64,000 nucleotides of DNA, taken from Eledone cirrhosa. Lineage: Eukaryota. This document shows, piece by piece, positions 49,054-60,440 of the stretch (the stretch's first letter is position 1; each line of letters begins with the position of its first letter). The notes under the pieces are model-generated. The model searched no databases, had not been told where the DNA came from, and was given only the letters and a program-made list of their open reading frames with translations. The position numbers were made by a program, and so were the translations under genes. The stretch lies in the NCBI GenBank assembly GCA_964016885.1, contig OZ024743.1, positions 75,268,001 to 75,332,000 of the forward strand, given 5' to 3'.

Positions 49054-49830
49054 ATGATTTCTATGTATAGGCACAAAGTCAGCAATTTGAGGAGAAGGGG
49101 AAACTCGATTAAATCGAACCAGTTCATTACTGGTACTTTATTTTATCGACCACGTAAGGATGAAAGGCAAAGCTAACTTCGGTGGGGTTTGAACTCAGAA
49201 CGTAAAGGGCCGTAATTCAATGCCGCAAAGTATGTTGTCTGATGCTCAACCGATACTGCCAATCCACCGAATGGACCACGGTTTTTCCTGGAGAACGATC
49301 GGTGACATTAATCAGACATCTCCAAGTTACTTTTTTTATGCAACTTAAAATATGATTCAACTCTGTATTATTCAATACGCCCTCCTATTCTTTTTAAAAG
49401 ACGGTAGGGTATGGTTTAGTGTGGATTTGGTTACTATATCTAGCAGGACATAGAACTTGCCTAAGTTAATTGATGATTTTGATGTAAGGAAAATACTGGC
49501 ATGGGCTGTAATAATTCAGTTAGACAAAATAAGAAAGTCTAAAATGGACGGAAAACTGAAACTTAGATTTTTCACGGCATGTGTAGAAAGTACTCCGTTA
49601 TACAACTAAGAAACAATTAATAAATGTTATATTAATTGTCACTTTTATTGTGACTTTTGAAGAAATTTTTAAAGAAATAGAGAGAGAGAGTGACACCCGA
49701 ACAGGTGTCCTCCACCTCCAACTAATTTACCCCCCTCCTTTTGGTCCCGGCAGACGGGATGGAGAATATATATGAAACTACAAACAATTAAACTTGTTTA
49801 AACTAGTTTTCTCATAAAAATATTAATTAC

Positions 49831-49912
49831 CTTTCTCATTTGAAGTATCAGTTTTTCCACGGGTATTTTCATTTTCCGCTTCAGGATTCGGGAAGTTAAA
49901 AGAAAATGACAT
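49831..49912 (-). CDS. METTL18: METTL18 exon 1 (MSFSFNFPNPEAENENTRGKTDTSNEK)
   Basis: ATG at 49912; N-terminal MxFxFNF is typical of METTL18/Hpm1; AAG|gtaatt donor, phase 1, matches exon 2. Confidence 0.85.
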
Positions 49913-50061
49913 GAGTGTCTTACTTCCACTAACACAAACAAAACATTAAGCACGTGTAAAACACCGGCTAAACACTCGCTGTAAAACTCCGTTCTATTGG
50001 TTAACTTATTTAAGCGGACCAATCAGAAATACTCTTCTAAGTATTCTTAATTTGTTAAAAA
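49913..50061. promoter_or_regulatory. Compact bidirectional promoter between METTL18 and GTF3C4
   Basis: 149 bp between divergent ATGs; E-box CACGTG (49951), opposed CCAAT boxes (ATTGG 49996, CCAAT 50019), YY1-like AAAATGGCG over the GTF3C4 start. Confidence 0.75.
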
Positions 50062-50190
50062 ATGGCGAAGCAAAGTGATGGATCGTCTATTGTGTGGGCT
50101 TTTAAAACTAATGTAACTTGTAAAAATGGACTAACTTGGTCCGATGACAATCGGATTGCTATGTGTGCTGATGATGGTGTATTCATAATT
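50062..50190 (+). CDS. GTF3C4: GTF3C4 exon 1 (MAKQSDGSSIVWAFKTNVTCKNGLTWSDDNRIAMCADDGVFII)
   Basis: aaaATGGCG start, ATT|gtaagg donor, WSxDxRI motif. Confidence 0.88.
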
Positions 50191-51181
50191 GTAAGGCTCT
50201 TATACTTTTGTTGTATCGTTTACATCTAACAGAGCAGATGCTTGTTTCCAGATACTAATTAGTCTATGTATACATTATTTATGTTGTTTAGAAAATCTTT
50301 TATTCACAGTTGTATAAAAAAATATAATAATATAATGGTTACAGAACGAAAACACAAACACCTATAATATATACAAAGCAGGTTATATATATAGGACCAC
50401 ATACAACAAAGGTTAGGCGAAAGGGGTGGACAAGCGAACCGCTACCAGAACAAAAGCTAACACTATAGCGAGGAGCACTGAGAAACCTCTCTTAGCTTTT
50501 ATCTTTATATACTGGAAAATAATCAATTATTTTCTGTGTCTGTGCACATTTGTTGTTTTGGCAACAAATTTTATTAAGTTTTAATAATCCTTAAATGTTG
50601 CTTACAACACAAACACAGTTAACTCCCTCGTAAAGTGAAAATACTTGAATAGAAATAATTTTATAAAAAATTATAGTTATAAACATTAATTAAAGAGATA
50701 TATAGTTACTTCGTTCCAATGCATAAAAATATCACCTTGTACCATTTGTTTAAATTGTTAGTTATGTAGGCAAAATGTATGAATTAATGTAGTTTTTTTT
50801 TTTTGTTATTCAATTATATTTATCTTGTGGTTTGTTTAATGTTTGATTATATATTTCTTATCCTTTATGGTATATAAGTGTCAAATTCTAATAATTTTTA
50901 TTTAAAAACATAAGAGATTTTAAAAGAACCGCTGTAAGACATATTAAGATGAAGAAAATGGCTCCTCCCACCTCGATATTTTTGACATTGTCCAGTTTAT
51001 AAATACATCGTCCTCTTTGTGAAATGATACCAGGAAGTAATCTTTTATTACTAAGGGTTTCGGTCCCAGCACCCTATTCCTTGACCTTATAGGTGATAGG
51101 TACTCTAATTCTACTGAGGTAAAATTTCAGGAATAATTTTTCTTCCATCCTTTTGTAATCAATAAAAAAACTGACAGTGGT

Positions 51182-54100
51182 AGAATCTCACCCGTCTTCT
51201 ATAACTGATACTGTGTTAGGTTGATTGCTAGTGTAATAATATCACCTGCCTTCTATAACTGATACTGTGTTAGATTGATTGCTAGTTTAAGAATCTCACC
51301 TGTCTTCTATAACTGATACTGTGTTAGGTTGATTGCTAGTTTAAGAATCTCACCTGTCTTCTATAACTGATACTGTGTTAGGTTGATTGCTAGTTTAAGA
51401 ATCTCACCTGTCTTCTATAACTGATACTGTGTTAGGTTGATTGCTAGTGTAATAATATCACCTGTCTTCTATAACTGATACTGTGTTAGGTTGATTGCTA
51501 GTGTAATAATATCACCTGTCTTCTATAACTGATACTGTGTTAGATTGATTGCTAGTGTAATAATATCACCTGCCTTCTATAACTGATACTGTGTTAGGTT
51601 GATTGCTAGTTTAAGAATCTCACCTGTCTTCTATAACTGATACTGTGTTAGGTTGATTGCTAGTTTAAGAATCTCACCTGTCTTCTATAACTGATACTGT
51701 GTTAGGTTGATTGCTAGTTTAAGAATCTCACCTGTCTTCTATAACTGATACTGTGTTAGGTTGATTGCTAGTTTAAGAATCTCACCTGTCTTCTATAACT
51801 GATACTGTGTTAGGTTGATTGCTAGTTTAAGAATCTCACCTGTCTTCTATAACTGATACTGTGTTAGGTTGATTGCTAGTTTAAGAATCTCACCTGTCTT
51901 CTATAACTGATACTGTGTTAGGTTGATTGCTAGTTTAAGTATCTCACCTGTCTTCTATAACTGATACTGTGTTAGGTTGATTGCTAGTTTAAGAATCTCA
52001 CCTGTCTTCTATAACTGATACTGTGTTAGGTTGATTGCTAGTTTAAGAATCTCACCTGTCTTCTATAACTGATACTGTGTTAGGTTGATTGCTAGTTTAA
52101 GAATCTCACCTGTCTTCTATAACTGATACTGTGTTAGGTTGATTGCTAGTTTAAGAATCTCACCTGTCTTCTATAACTGATACTGTGTTAGATTGATTGC
52201 TAGTTTAAGTATCTCACCTGTCTTCTATTACTGATACTGTGTTAGGTTGATTGCTAGTTTAAGTATCTCACCTGTCTTCTATAACTGATATTGTGTTAGG
52301 TTGATTGCTAGTGTAATAACATCACCTGTCTTCTATAACTGATACTGTGTTAGGTTGATTGCTAGTTTAAGAATCTCACCTGTCTTCTATAACTGATACT
52401 GTGTTAGATTGATTGCTAGTTTAAGAATCTCACCTGTCTTCTATAACTGATACTGTGTTAGATTGATTGCTAGTGTAATAACATCACCTGTCTTCTATAA
52501 CTGATACTGTGTTAGGTTGATTGCTAGTTTAAGAATCTCACCTGTCTTCTATAACTGATACTGTGTTAGATTGATTGCTAGTTTACGAATCTCACCTGTC
52601 TTCTATAACTGATACTGTGTTAGATTGATTGCTAGTTTAAGAATCTCACCTGTCTTCTATAACTGATACTGTGTTAGATTGATTGCTAGTTTAAGAATCT
52701 CACCTGTCTTCTATAACTGATACTGTGTTAGATTGATTGCTAGTTTAAGAATCTCACCTGTCTTCTATAACTGATACTGTGTTAGATTGATTGCTAGTTT
52801 AAGAATCTCACCTGTCTTCTATAACTGATACTGTGTTAGATTGATTGCTAGTGTAATAATCTCACCTGTCTTCTATAACTGATACTGTCTTAGATTGATT
52901 GCTAGTGTAATAATGTCACCTGTCTTCTATAACTGATACTGTGTTAGATTGATTACTAGTTTAAGAATCTCACCTGTCTTCTATAACTGATACTGTGTTA
53001 GATTGATTGCTAGTTTAAGAATCTCACCTGTCTTCTATAACTGATACTGTCTTAGATTGATTGCTAGTGTAATAATGTCACCTGTCTTCTATAACTGATA
53101 CTGTGTTAGATTGATTACTAGTTTAAGAATCTCACCTGTCTTCTATAACTGATACTGTGTTAGATTGATTGCTAGTGTAAGAATCTCACCTGTCTTCTAT
53201 AACTGATACTGTGTTAGGTTGATTGCTAGTTTAAGAATCTCACCTGTCTTCTATAACTGATACTGTGTTAGGTTGATTGCTAGTTTAAGAATCTCACCTG
53301 TCTTCTATAACTGATACTGTGTTAGATTGATTGCTAGTGTAAGAATCTCACCTGTCTTCTATAACTGATACTGTGTTAGATTGATTACTAGTTTAAGAAT
53401 CTCACCTGTCTTCTATAACTGATACTGTGTTAGATTGATTGCTAGTGTAAGAATCTCACCTGTCTTCTATAACTGATACTGTGTTAGGTTGATTGCTAGT
53501 TTAAGAATCTCACCTGTCTTCTATAACTGATACTGTGTTAGATTGATTGCTAGTGTAAGAATCTCACCTGTCTTCTATAACTGATACTGTGTTAGGTTGA
53601 TTGCTAGTTTAAGAATCTCACCTGTCTTCTATAACTGATACTGTGTTAGATTGATTGCTAGTGTAATAATATCACCTGTCTTCTATAACTGATACTATGT
53701 TAGGTTGATTACTAGTTTAAGAATCTCACCTGTCTTCTATAACTGATACTGTGTTAGGTTGATTGCTAGTTTAAGTATCTCACCTGTCTTCTATAACTGA
53801 TACTGTGTTAGGTTGATTGCTAGTTTAAGAATCTCACCTGTCTTCTATAACTGATACTGTGTTAGGTTGATTGCTAGTGTAAGAATATCACCTGTCTTCT
53901 ATAACTGATACTGTGTTAGATTGATTGCTAGTGTAATAACATCACCTGTCTTCTATAACTGATACTGTGTTAGGTTGATTGCTAGTTTAAGAATCTCACC
54001 TGTCTTCTATAACTGATACTGTGTTAGATTGATTGCTAGTTTAAGAATCTCACCTGTCTTCTATAACTGATACTGTGTTAGATTGATTGCTAGTGTAATA

Positions 54101-54593
54101 ATCTCACCTGTCTTCTATAACTGATACTGTGTTAGATTGATTGCTAGTTTAAGAATCTCACCTGTCTTCTATAACTGATACTGTGTTAGATTGATTGCTA
54201 GTGTAAGAATCTCACCTGTCTTCTATAACTGATACTGTGTTAGGTTGATTGCTAGTTTAAGAATCTCACCTGTCTTCTATAACTCATACTGTGTTAGGTT
54301 GATTGCTAGTTTAAGAATCTCACCTGTCTTCTATAACTGATACTGTGTTAGATTGATTGCTAGTGTAAGAATCTCACCTGTCTTCTATAACTGATACTGT
54401 GTTAGGTTGATTGCTAGTTTAAGAATCTCACCTGTCTTCTATAACTGATACTGTGTTAGGTTGATTGCTAGTTTAAGAATCTCACCTGTCTTCTATAACT
54501 GATACTGTGTTAGATTGATTGCTAGTGTAAGAATCTCACCTGTCTTCTATAACTGATACTGTGTTAGGTTGATTGCTAGTTTAAGAATCTCAC
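51182..54593. repeat. 54-bp minisatellite, about 63 copies, in GTF3C4 intron 1
   Basis: Unit AATCTCACCTGTCTTCTATAACTGATACTGTGTTAG(G/A)TTGATTGCTAGTTTAAG. Confidence 0.97.
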
Positions 54594-54623
54594 AGCATCT
54601 CTCCACTTGTCACGGTCCTATAC

Positions 54624-54644
54624 GTATATATATATATGTATATA

Positions 54645-54689
<45 letters not shown>

Positions 54690-54750
54690 GTATATATATA
54701 TGTATATATATATGTATATATATATGTATATATATATGTATATATATATG

Positions 54751-54820
<70 letters not shown>

Positions 54821-54847
54821 TATATATATATATACATAGATATATAG

Positions 54848-54879
<32 letters not shown>

Positions 54880-54927
54880 TTATATACATATACACATATA
54901 TATATATATATATACATAGATATATAG

Positions 54928-54959
<32 letters not shown>

Positions 54960-54973
54960 TTATATACATATAC

Positions 54974-55041
<68 letters not shown>

Positions 55042-55088
55042 TTATATACATATACATATATATATATATATATACATAAACATATATC
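54624..55088. repeat. (TA)n-based compound microsatellite (others at 35162-35285, 37590-37880, 38826-38890)
   Basis: Direct inspection. Confidence 0.95.
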
Positions 55089-55674
55089 ATTTCATCATTT
55101 CATTTCATTTTACGTCCGCTTTTCCCCTGCTTGCATATTCATGTATAGGTATCATGATAAAAAGCACCCAGCCCACACTGTAAATGTGGTTGGCATTAGA
55201 AAGGGCATTCAGCCATAGAAATCAAGCCAGGAACAGTTCTATGTGAACAAGACATGGTCACCTGACCCAACCTGCCCCTAACAGAACAATCCGTCTAACC
55301 CATGCTAGCATGAAAAAAATGGACATTAAACGGTGATGATGATGACTCTATCCTACTAGTCATAGAAGCTCTGAGAAGAGTTATAAGCATTGTTCTTTCC
55401 CTGACTACACCATTATCATTTTTTGACACCAAGGACAAAACCATCTCTGGTTCTGTGAAACACAACCACCCATTTTAAAGGGTTCTTATTTGAATTATAC
55501 TGTTCCAACATAATTTTATGTAAGAACTATGTGATAGGTTACTATCTTACTAATTAATAAATCCCTCCTAATTCTCCATTAATGAACTGAAATAGAGTAT
55601 ATTTCATTAGAAATATGATCATAAAAGGTTTTGAAAAGTTAAGTTGCTGCAGTAAGAGGCAGTACAATACAAGA

Positions 55675-56040
55675 TAGATGTGATGCCACATGCAGTGACA
55701 TATTCTCCAGTAGCAACCTGGTGCAGTCTGTGACTAACCCAGGCTCTGCTGCACTTTGGGCTGAGGAGGATAAACTCTCCAAATATCTGTCACTCTCCAA
55801 CAGGTTTGCAGTCAAGCCCATAGCAGTGGGGACTTCTGGTGTCCTTGGCCCTAGAACCACCTCCCTACTCACCACAATCGGCACAGAGTTGGCTACTCGC
55901 AGGTGTGAGCCTCGTGAGCTGGAATGGCTCTTCCAACACATCTCTCTCACCATCCTCCAGAGAAATGTCTTCTCTATTCTGTCCGCCAGGGCCACGAATC
56001 AGCCAGCGCATGGACCCCCATTTGCTTATAATAGTGAGAG
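55675..56040 (+). mobile_element. CRE-like (restriction-like endonuclease) non-LTR element 3' fragment
   Basis: DATCSD...GSAA..AEEDKLSKY..L...F...PIAV.TSGVLGP...LL..IG...RE..WLFQ.ISL.I...N. Confidence 0.7.
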
Positions 56041-56464
56041 ATGGGGAGAGAGGGAGATACAGAGGCAGTGACTGTAGGAGTTTGGTTCCATTGTGTTTGG
56101 ACCTGATGTATATATTTATTTACCACACCACATTAATACTTTATAACAATAAAGATAGAGTTGTCCTCTAACTGGAGACTTGATCTGAATATATGCAACA
56201 GAGTAGACTCCCCTAATGTCACTCAAGAACCAAGTGGCTGCATTTAACTGGATGATGGATTAAGTTTACCACCCAATAATATGTACAATTTAACAGCCTC
56301 CTGCTTAGTTGTTGTCCTTCCAATTTCCTTCACAAGGTTTAGATGTGTTAGACATCATTTGTGCTACAAACTTCATTACCACACATCCATACTTGCACAC
56401 TCATGTATGTATGTTCATAACTTTCATGGCTGTTGTAGATTCTCTTCTAGTCTCATTATGTCTA

Positions 56465-56712
56465 TGTGTCCCTTAATTGGATCCACACAACACATGCCAG
56501 GACAGCCCATCATCTCCATCAATGGAAAATGAAAGACAGCCCAGCATGTGACTGTGGGGACCCTGACCGAACAGTGTTACATGTTGTTCAAGATTGCCCC
56601 CTCGGATGTTTTCCTGGCAGCCTGGAAGCAATTCATAATACTACAAATGACGCCTTAGTCAGGCTCACCAATCTCTCTAACTATTGTGCATATGTCATAC
56701 GACAAGAAGAAG
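56465..56712 (+). mobile_element. Ingi/Vingi-like LINE 3' fragment
   Basis: LHQW....SPACDCGDP.RTV.HVVQDCP zinc motif followed by a CATACGACAAGAAGAAG tail. Confidence 0.6.
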
Positions 56713-57000
56713 TCTCTACTAATCCCATCAAAACTTCTTCAATTTACTCATTCCTTCTCTTGTTAACCTTACATCTTCACCTTATAGACCATATTTTCCC
56801 TCTTCTGTAGAAACCTCTGTCCTCATACTTCTACTAACGATTTAACTACAAACAACAACATTTCAGATTATCTTCACTCATCTCATCAATTTCTACCTCC
56901 GGCTAATTGACACAAAAATGTTTCAGGAATTGCATCTTTTATGAATAAAATATATTATAAACCTTAAAAAATATATTCATGCTTTGTTTTTCTATAAAAG

Positions 57001-57133
57001 GAACTAACGTCCAACTTCCATCTTTTGCGAGGAACTCTCCTTGCCAGGAGGACTATGATTTCACCTCATTCAGACATCTTTTACAGCACAGAAATTTTCA
57101 ATCTAGAAGAACTTGAAAACAGACTACCTCGAG
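57001..57133 (+). CDS. GTF3C4: GTF3C4 exon 2 (ELTSNFHLLRGTLLARRTMISP...ENRLPR)
   Basis: aaag/gtaaat boundaries, phase 0 to 1, open frame. Confidence 0.82.
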
Positions 57134-57993
57134 GTAAATATATCAGTTTTTATCTACTATTCCAAAATTATCCTAATAAGTTTCATATCTCTGAACAGAT
57201 TTTATGGGCAAAACCAACTGGCAGGAAACCCAGGGGTAAACCCCAAGCAAGATGGTTAGATAAAATCCATGATCTTGGCTGGTCTCGCTTGGGAATACAG
57301 CTGGATCAGTTGGAAACAGTTGCTTCAGACAGGACCCGCTGGAAGGAGTGTTTCAGAACTCTTCCTCCACTACCCTCTCAGGAATAAAGTGGCAAAGAAG
57401 AAATTTCATATCTCTATTTTAGTTGGTTAATTTGTGATAAATATATCGGCTTCTCTTTTGACTCCATTTGACTTTTACTCAGTTACATTTCACATATAAT
57501 TTCAGGATAACTTGGGAAATGGTAACAAATCTTCAGTTATTCATGCAACAGATTATATATATATAAGCACCTAGTCCACTCTGTAAAGTGGTCGCGTAGG
57601 TGTCACGACAAAAACCACCCAGTAATCACTGTAAAGTGATTATGTAGGTGTCACAACAAAATGCACCCAGCCCACACTGTAAAGTGATCATGTAGGTGTC
57701 ACGACAAAAAGCACACAGCCCACACTGTAAAGTAGTTATGTAGGTGTCACAACAAAAAGCATCCAGTGCACTCTGTAAATGTGGTTGGTGTTAGGAAGGT
57801 CATCCAACTGTAGAAACCAAGCCAGAACCAATTCTGTATGAACAAAACAGGGTCACCTGATCTGACTTGTCTCACAACTGGACAACTCATCTAGCATGGA
57901 AAATAGACGTTAAACAGAGATGATGATGTGAGTTGGCTGTACTGATATTGCTAGAATATCACAAATGTATGCAATATATTTTTTTCATTCCAG

Positions 57994-58111
57994 AGGAATT
58001 CAATTCCATCCTTATTGACAGAACAATTAGCCCAACAGTCCAGTATTCCATTCCTCCTCAAGGTTACAAGTCTGCAAACTGGTCCCCAAAAGGGGCAGAT
58101 GATGTTGGCAG
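57994..58111 (+). CDS. GTF3C4: GTF3C4 exon 3 (EEFNSILIDRTISPTVQYSIPPQGYKSANWSPKGADDVGR)
   Basis: ttccag/gtaaaa boundaries; WSPxGxDxxGR motif. Confidence 0.92.
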
Positions 58112-59067
58112 GTAAAAGCTTCTCCTCGCTTCTTACATTTTTATATTATATATATAATAGTCATGAATCTTGGGTAATGACCAAAAGAGTACAATCACAT
58201 CTTTGAGCGTTAGCCAAGCCCCAGACAAGACGAGATGAATGCTATGTACATCATCATGGAATTCGGCCTCACTGTAGCTAATGTTTATCACTTCGAACTT
58301 GGATCACCTAGAATATAAGCCGAAACTCCCCCCACCCCACATTTTACCATTGATTTTTTTTTTTTGTCAGATATTTCTCAGCTTATATACAAGTATATGC
58401 GGTAATTGATTTAACCTGTATATTTGGTGTTAGGAAGGGCATCCAGCCGTAGAAAACCTGCCAGATAGTCCTATACAAGTGAGACAGCGTCACCCAACCA
58501 ATCTTGCCTCAAATTGGGACAACTCCCGTCTAACCCATGCTAGCATGGAAGATAGACGTTAAACGGTGATGATTATTGAGAGGATGTGTCTGACAGTGTT
58601 ACTGACATATTCTTCTGCACAATATAATTGCACTACTCTTGGGTCTCGCATAATCGTCCCATCCTCTCTTTCTCTCTCCCCTCCCAGCTTATTAATTTTT
58701 CAGATATTTCCATTGTCTAACCCTTTGCTTTTATTCTACTCCCGTCCTCCACTTATTAAGTTTTGCTAATCTATCCCCGGCAAAATGTTATTTTAAGTGG
58801 TAGCGTTCCTGTGACAATTTTCTTTGTACATTAAAAATCATTATACATGAGAAAAAAGTACATTACTAGAAATCCCACATGTTATAAAATAAATAGGATT
58901 GGTTGGGGTCTCAATATGTATACTAAACGACTAATTCTGGTTTTAAAAAAAAATCAATGGAGACAACCTAGAAAAATTACTAATTTTCCATCTCACCCCC
59001 TTTATTCCATTCCCTGCTCTCTCTCCTCCTCCAACCCCCCCCCCCTGCGCCCACACACACAATTATT

Positions 59068-59404
59068 TGGAGGCACATGGCTTAGTGGTTAGAGCATTGG
59101 CCTTGCAATCGAAAGGTTGTGAGTTCAATTCTCAGACCAGGTGATGTGTTGTTTCCTTGAGCAAGACACTTTATTTCACATTGCTCCAGTTTACTCAGCT
59201 GTAGAAATGAGATGATAGGGACTGGGGTCCCTATCATCCACTGTAAAGTGGTCGTGGAGGTGCCACGGCAAAAAGCACCCAGCACTCACTGTAAATGAGG
59301 TTGGTGTTAGGAAGGGCATCCAGCTGTAGAAACCAAGCAAGAATCAGTTCCCGTCCCACCCTTGCAAGCAGGGAGAAGCGGACGTAAAATGAAATGATGA
59401 TGAT
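59068..59404 (+). mobile_element. SINE family A, full length
   Basis: tRNA-like A and B boxes, CORE-like block, (ATG)n tail. Confidence 0.87.
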
Positions 59405-59493
59405 CCAAGAGTATTTATTGCACTTCTAGTTGTATATTGTTTCCTCACAATGATTTATTACTTATCTTGAATATTTTGTCTGTGTTTCTTCAG

Positions 59494-59572
59494 ATGTGTC
59501 CTTGCATGTCTAGCCATTGACCACCGACTGACCATCTGTCGGGAAGATAGATATAGAAGTCTGTGGATTAAG
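59494..59572 (+). CDS. GTF3C4: GTF3C4 exon 4 (CVLACLAIDHRLTICREDRYRSLWIK)
   Basis: cttcag/gtaaat boundaries; C.LA.L..D.RLTI motif. Confidence 0.92.
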
Positions 59573-60319
59573 GTAAATACATTTTTTTTTTGCATGCAAC
59601 TTCGTAAATTACCCCCTTAACCATTTAGCATTTAAACTGGCTGTATACGGCCAGAACTCTCACCTCTTTCTGTTCAAACTGGCCATACTGACATTAAGGT
59701 ATTGTTCTCAAAATAAATAATTGTTTCTACTTTTGGCACAAGGCCAGCAATTACTCCAGTGCATTACTGGTGCTTTTTATTAAATCGACCCTGTAAGGGT
59801 GAAAGGCAAAGTTAACCTCGGCGGGATTTGAACTCAGACCATAAAGGGTCATAACTCTATGCTTCAAAGCATGGCATCCGACCCTCTACCGATAATGCCA
59901 ATCCACAGCCAAAATAAATAATATCAAAATCTCATAGATTCGATATTATGTGAGATAATTATGAGAGGTAAAGCCTTTACCATCAAAATATAATAGTATA
60001 TATAGAGTAATGTAAATATTATGAGAGGTAAAGCCTTTACCATCAAAATATAATAGTATATATAGAGTAATGTAAATGTTATGTGAGATATTATGAGAGG
60101 TAAAGCCTTTACCATCAAAATATAATCGTATATATAGAGTAATGTAAATGTTAAAGGGCTAAAGACAAGAAAAAAATAGACAGTTTCCTCTGTCTACTTT
60201 AATTTCCATCTCTAAGAGTAATTACTCAGTTTCCTCAACTATCATCTATAACGATTGACTGTTATTACGGTTAATTTCTGCAGTTGGGACACTCACGTTT
60301 TCAACTTTCTGTATTTCAG

Positions 60320-60440
60320 GTCATAGACTGCTCCAAAGTATATGAAGATATTTGGAAAAAGAACAACAGCAGTTTTTTAAAAGGTCAGGAGATCAATTTT
60401 GAGTACCTGAAGACAATCTCCTATGCACTAGCAGCTGTTG
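60320..60440 (+). CDS. GTF3C4: GTF3C4 exon 5 (VIDCSKVYEDIWKKNNSSFLKGQEINFEYLKTISYALAAV)
   Basis: tttcag acceptor, GTTG|gtaagt donor; its 3' end is the first unit of the downstream minisatellite. Confidence 0.85.

Larger units (their letters stand above)
1130..49912 (-). other. METTL18: Gene span: histidine protein methyltransferase 1 homolog (METTL18/Hpm1), 9 coding exons, 891 nt, 296 aa
   Basis: Manually joined GT-AG exons 49912-49831, 10923-10850, 10349-10172, 9638-9556, 6746-6672, 4339-4200, 4039-3941, 2847-2732 and 1173-1130 give one open frame with compatible phases. Family motifs: MSFSFNF, SDLIPNKYEGGLQIWECSIDL, EIGCGAGLPG, FQDFN, FFSGDW, DIILTAETIYN, AAKNYYFGVGGG. Confidence 0.93.
50062..60440 (+). 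other. GTF3C4: Gene span (5' part): general transcription factor 3C polypeptide 4 (TFIIIC90), exons 1-5; continues beyond the window
   Basis: Joined exons 50062-50190, 57001-57133, 57994-58111, 59494-59572 and 60320-60440 are in frame. LTWSDDNRI, ILIDRTISP and GYKSANWSPKGADDVGRCVLACLAIDHRLTI match the TFIIIC-delta N-terminal propeller (human WSEDHRV, WSPMGCDANGRCLLAALTMDNRLTI, recalled from memory). Confidence 0.88.

Noticed and set aside
51182-54593. CRISPR-like regular array (also 60418-63510 and 5388-6635)
   Set aside because: Units are contiguous with no unique spacers, there are no cas genes, and the context is a eukaryotic intron. These are minisatellites.
54569-55090. YI/HT-rich ORFs (also 37455-37923, 35137-35442)
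   Set aside because: These are (TA)n and (CA)n microsatellite translations.
59068-59145. tRNA genes at SINE heads
   Set aside because: A and B boxes are present, but the sequence continues into SINE core and tail and the acceptor stem is not intact.
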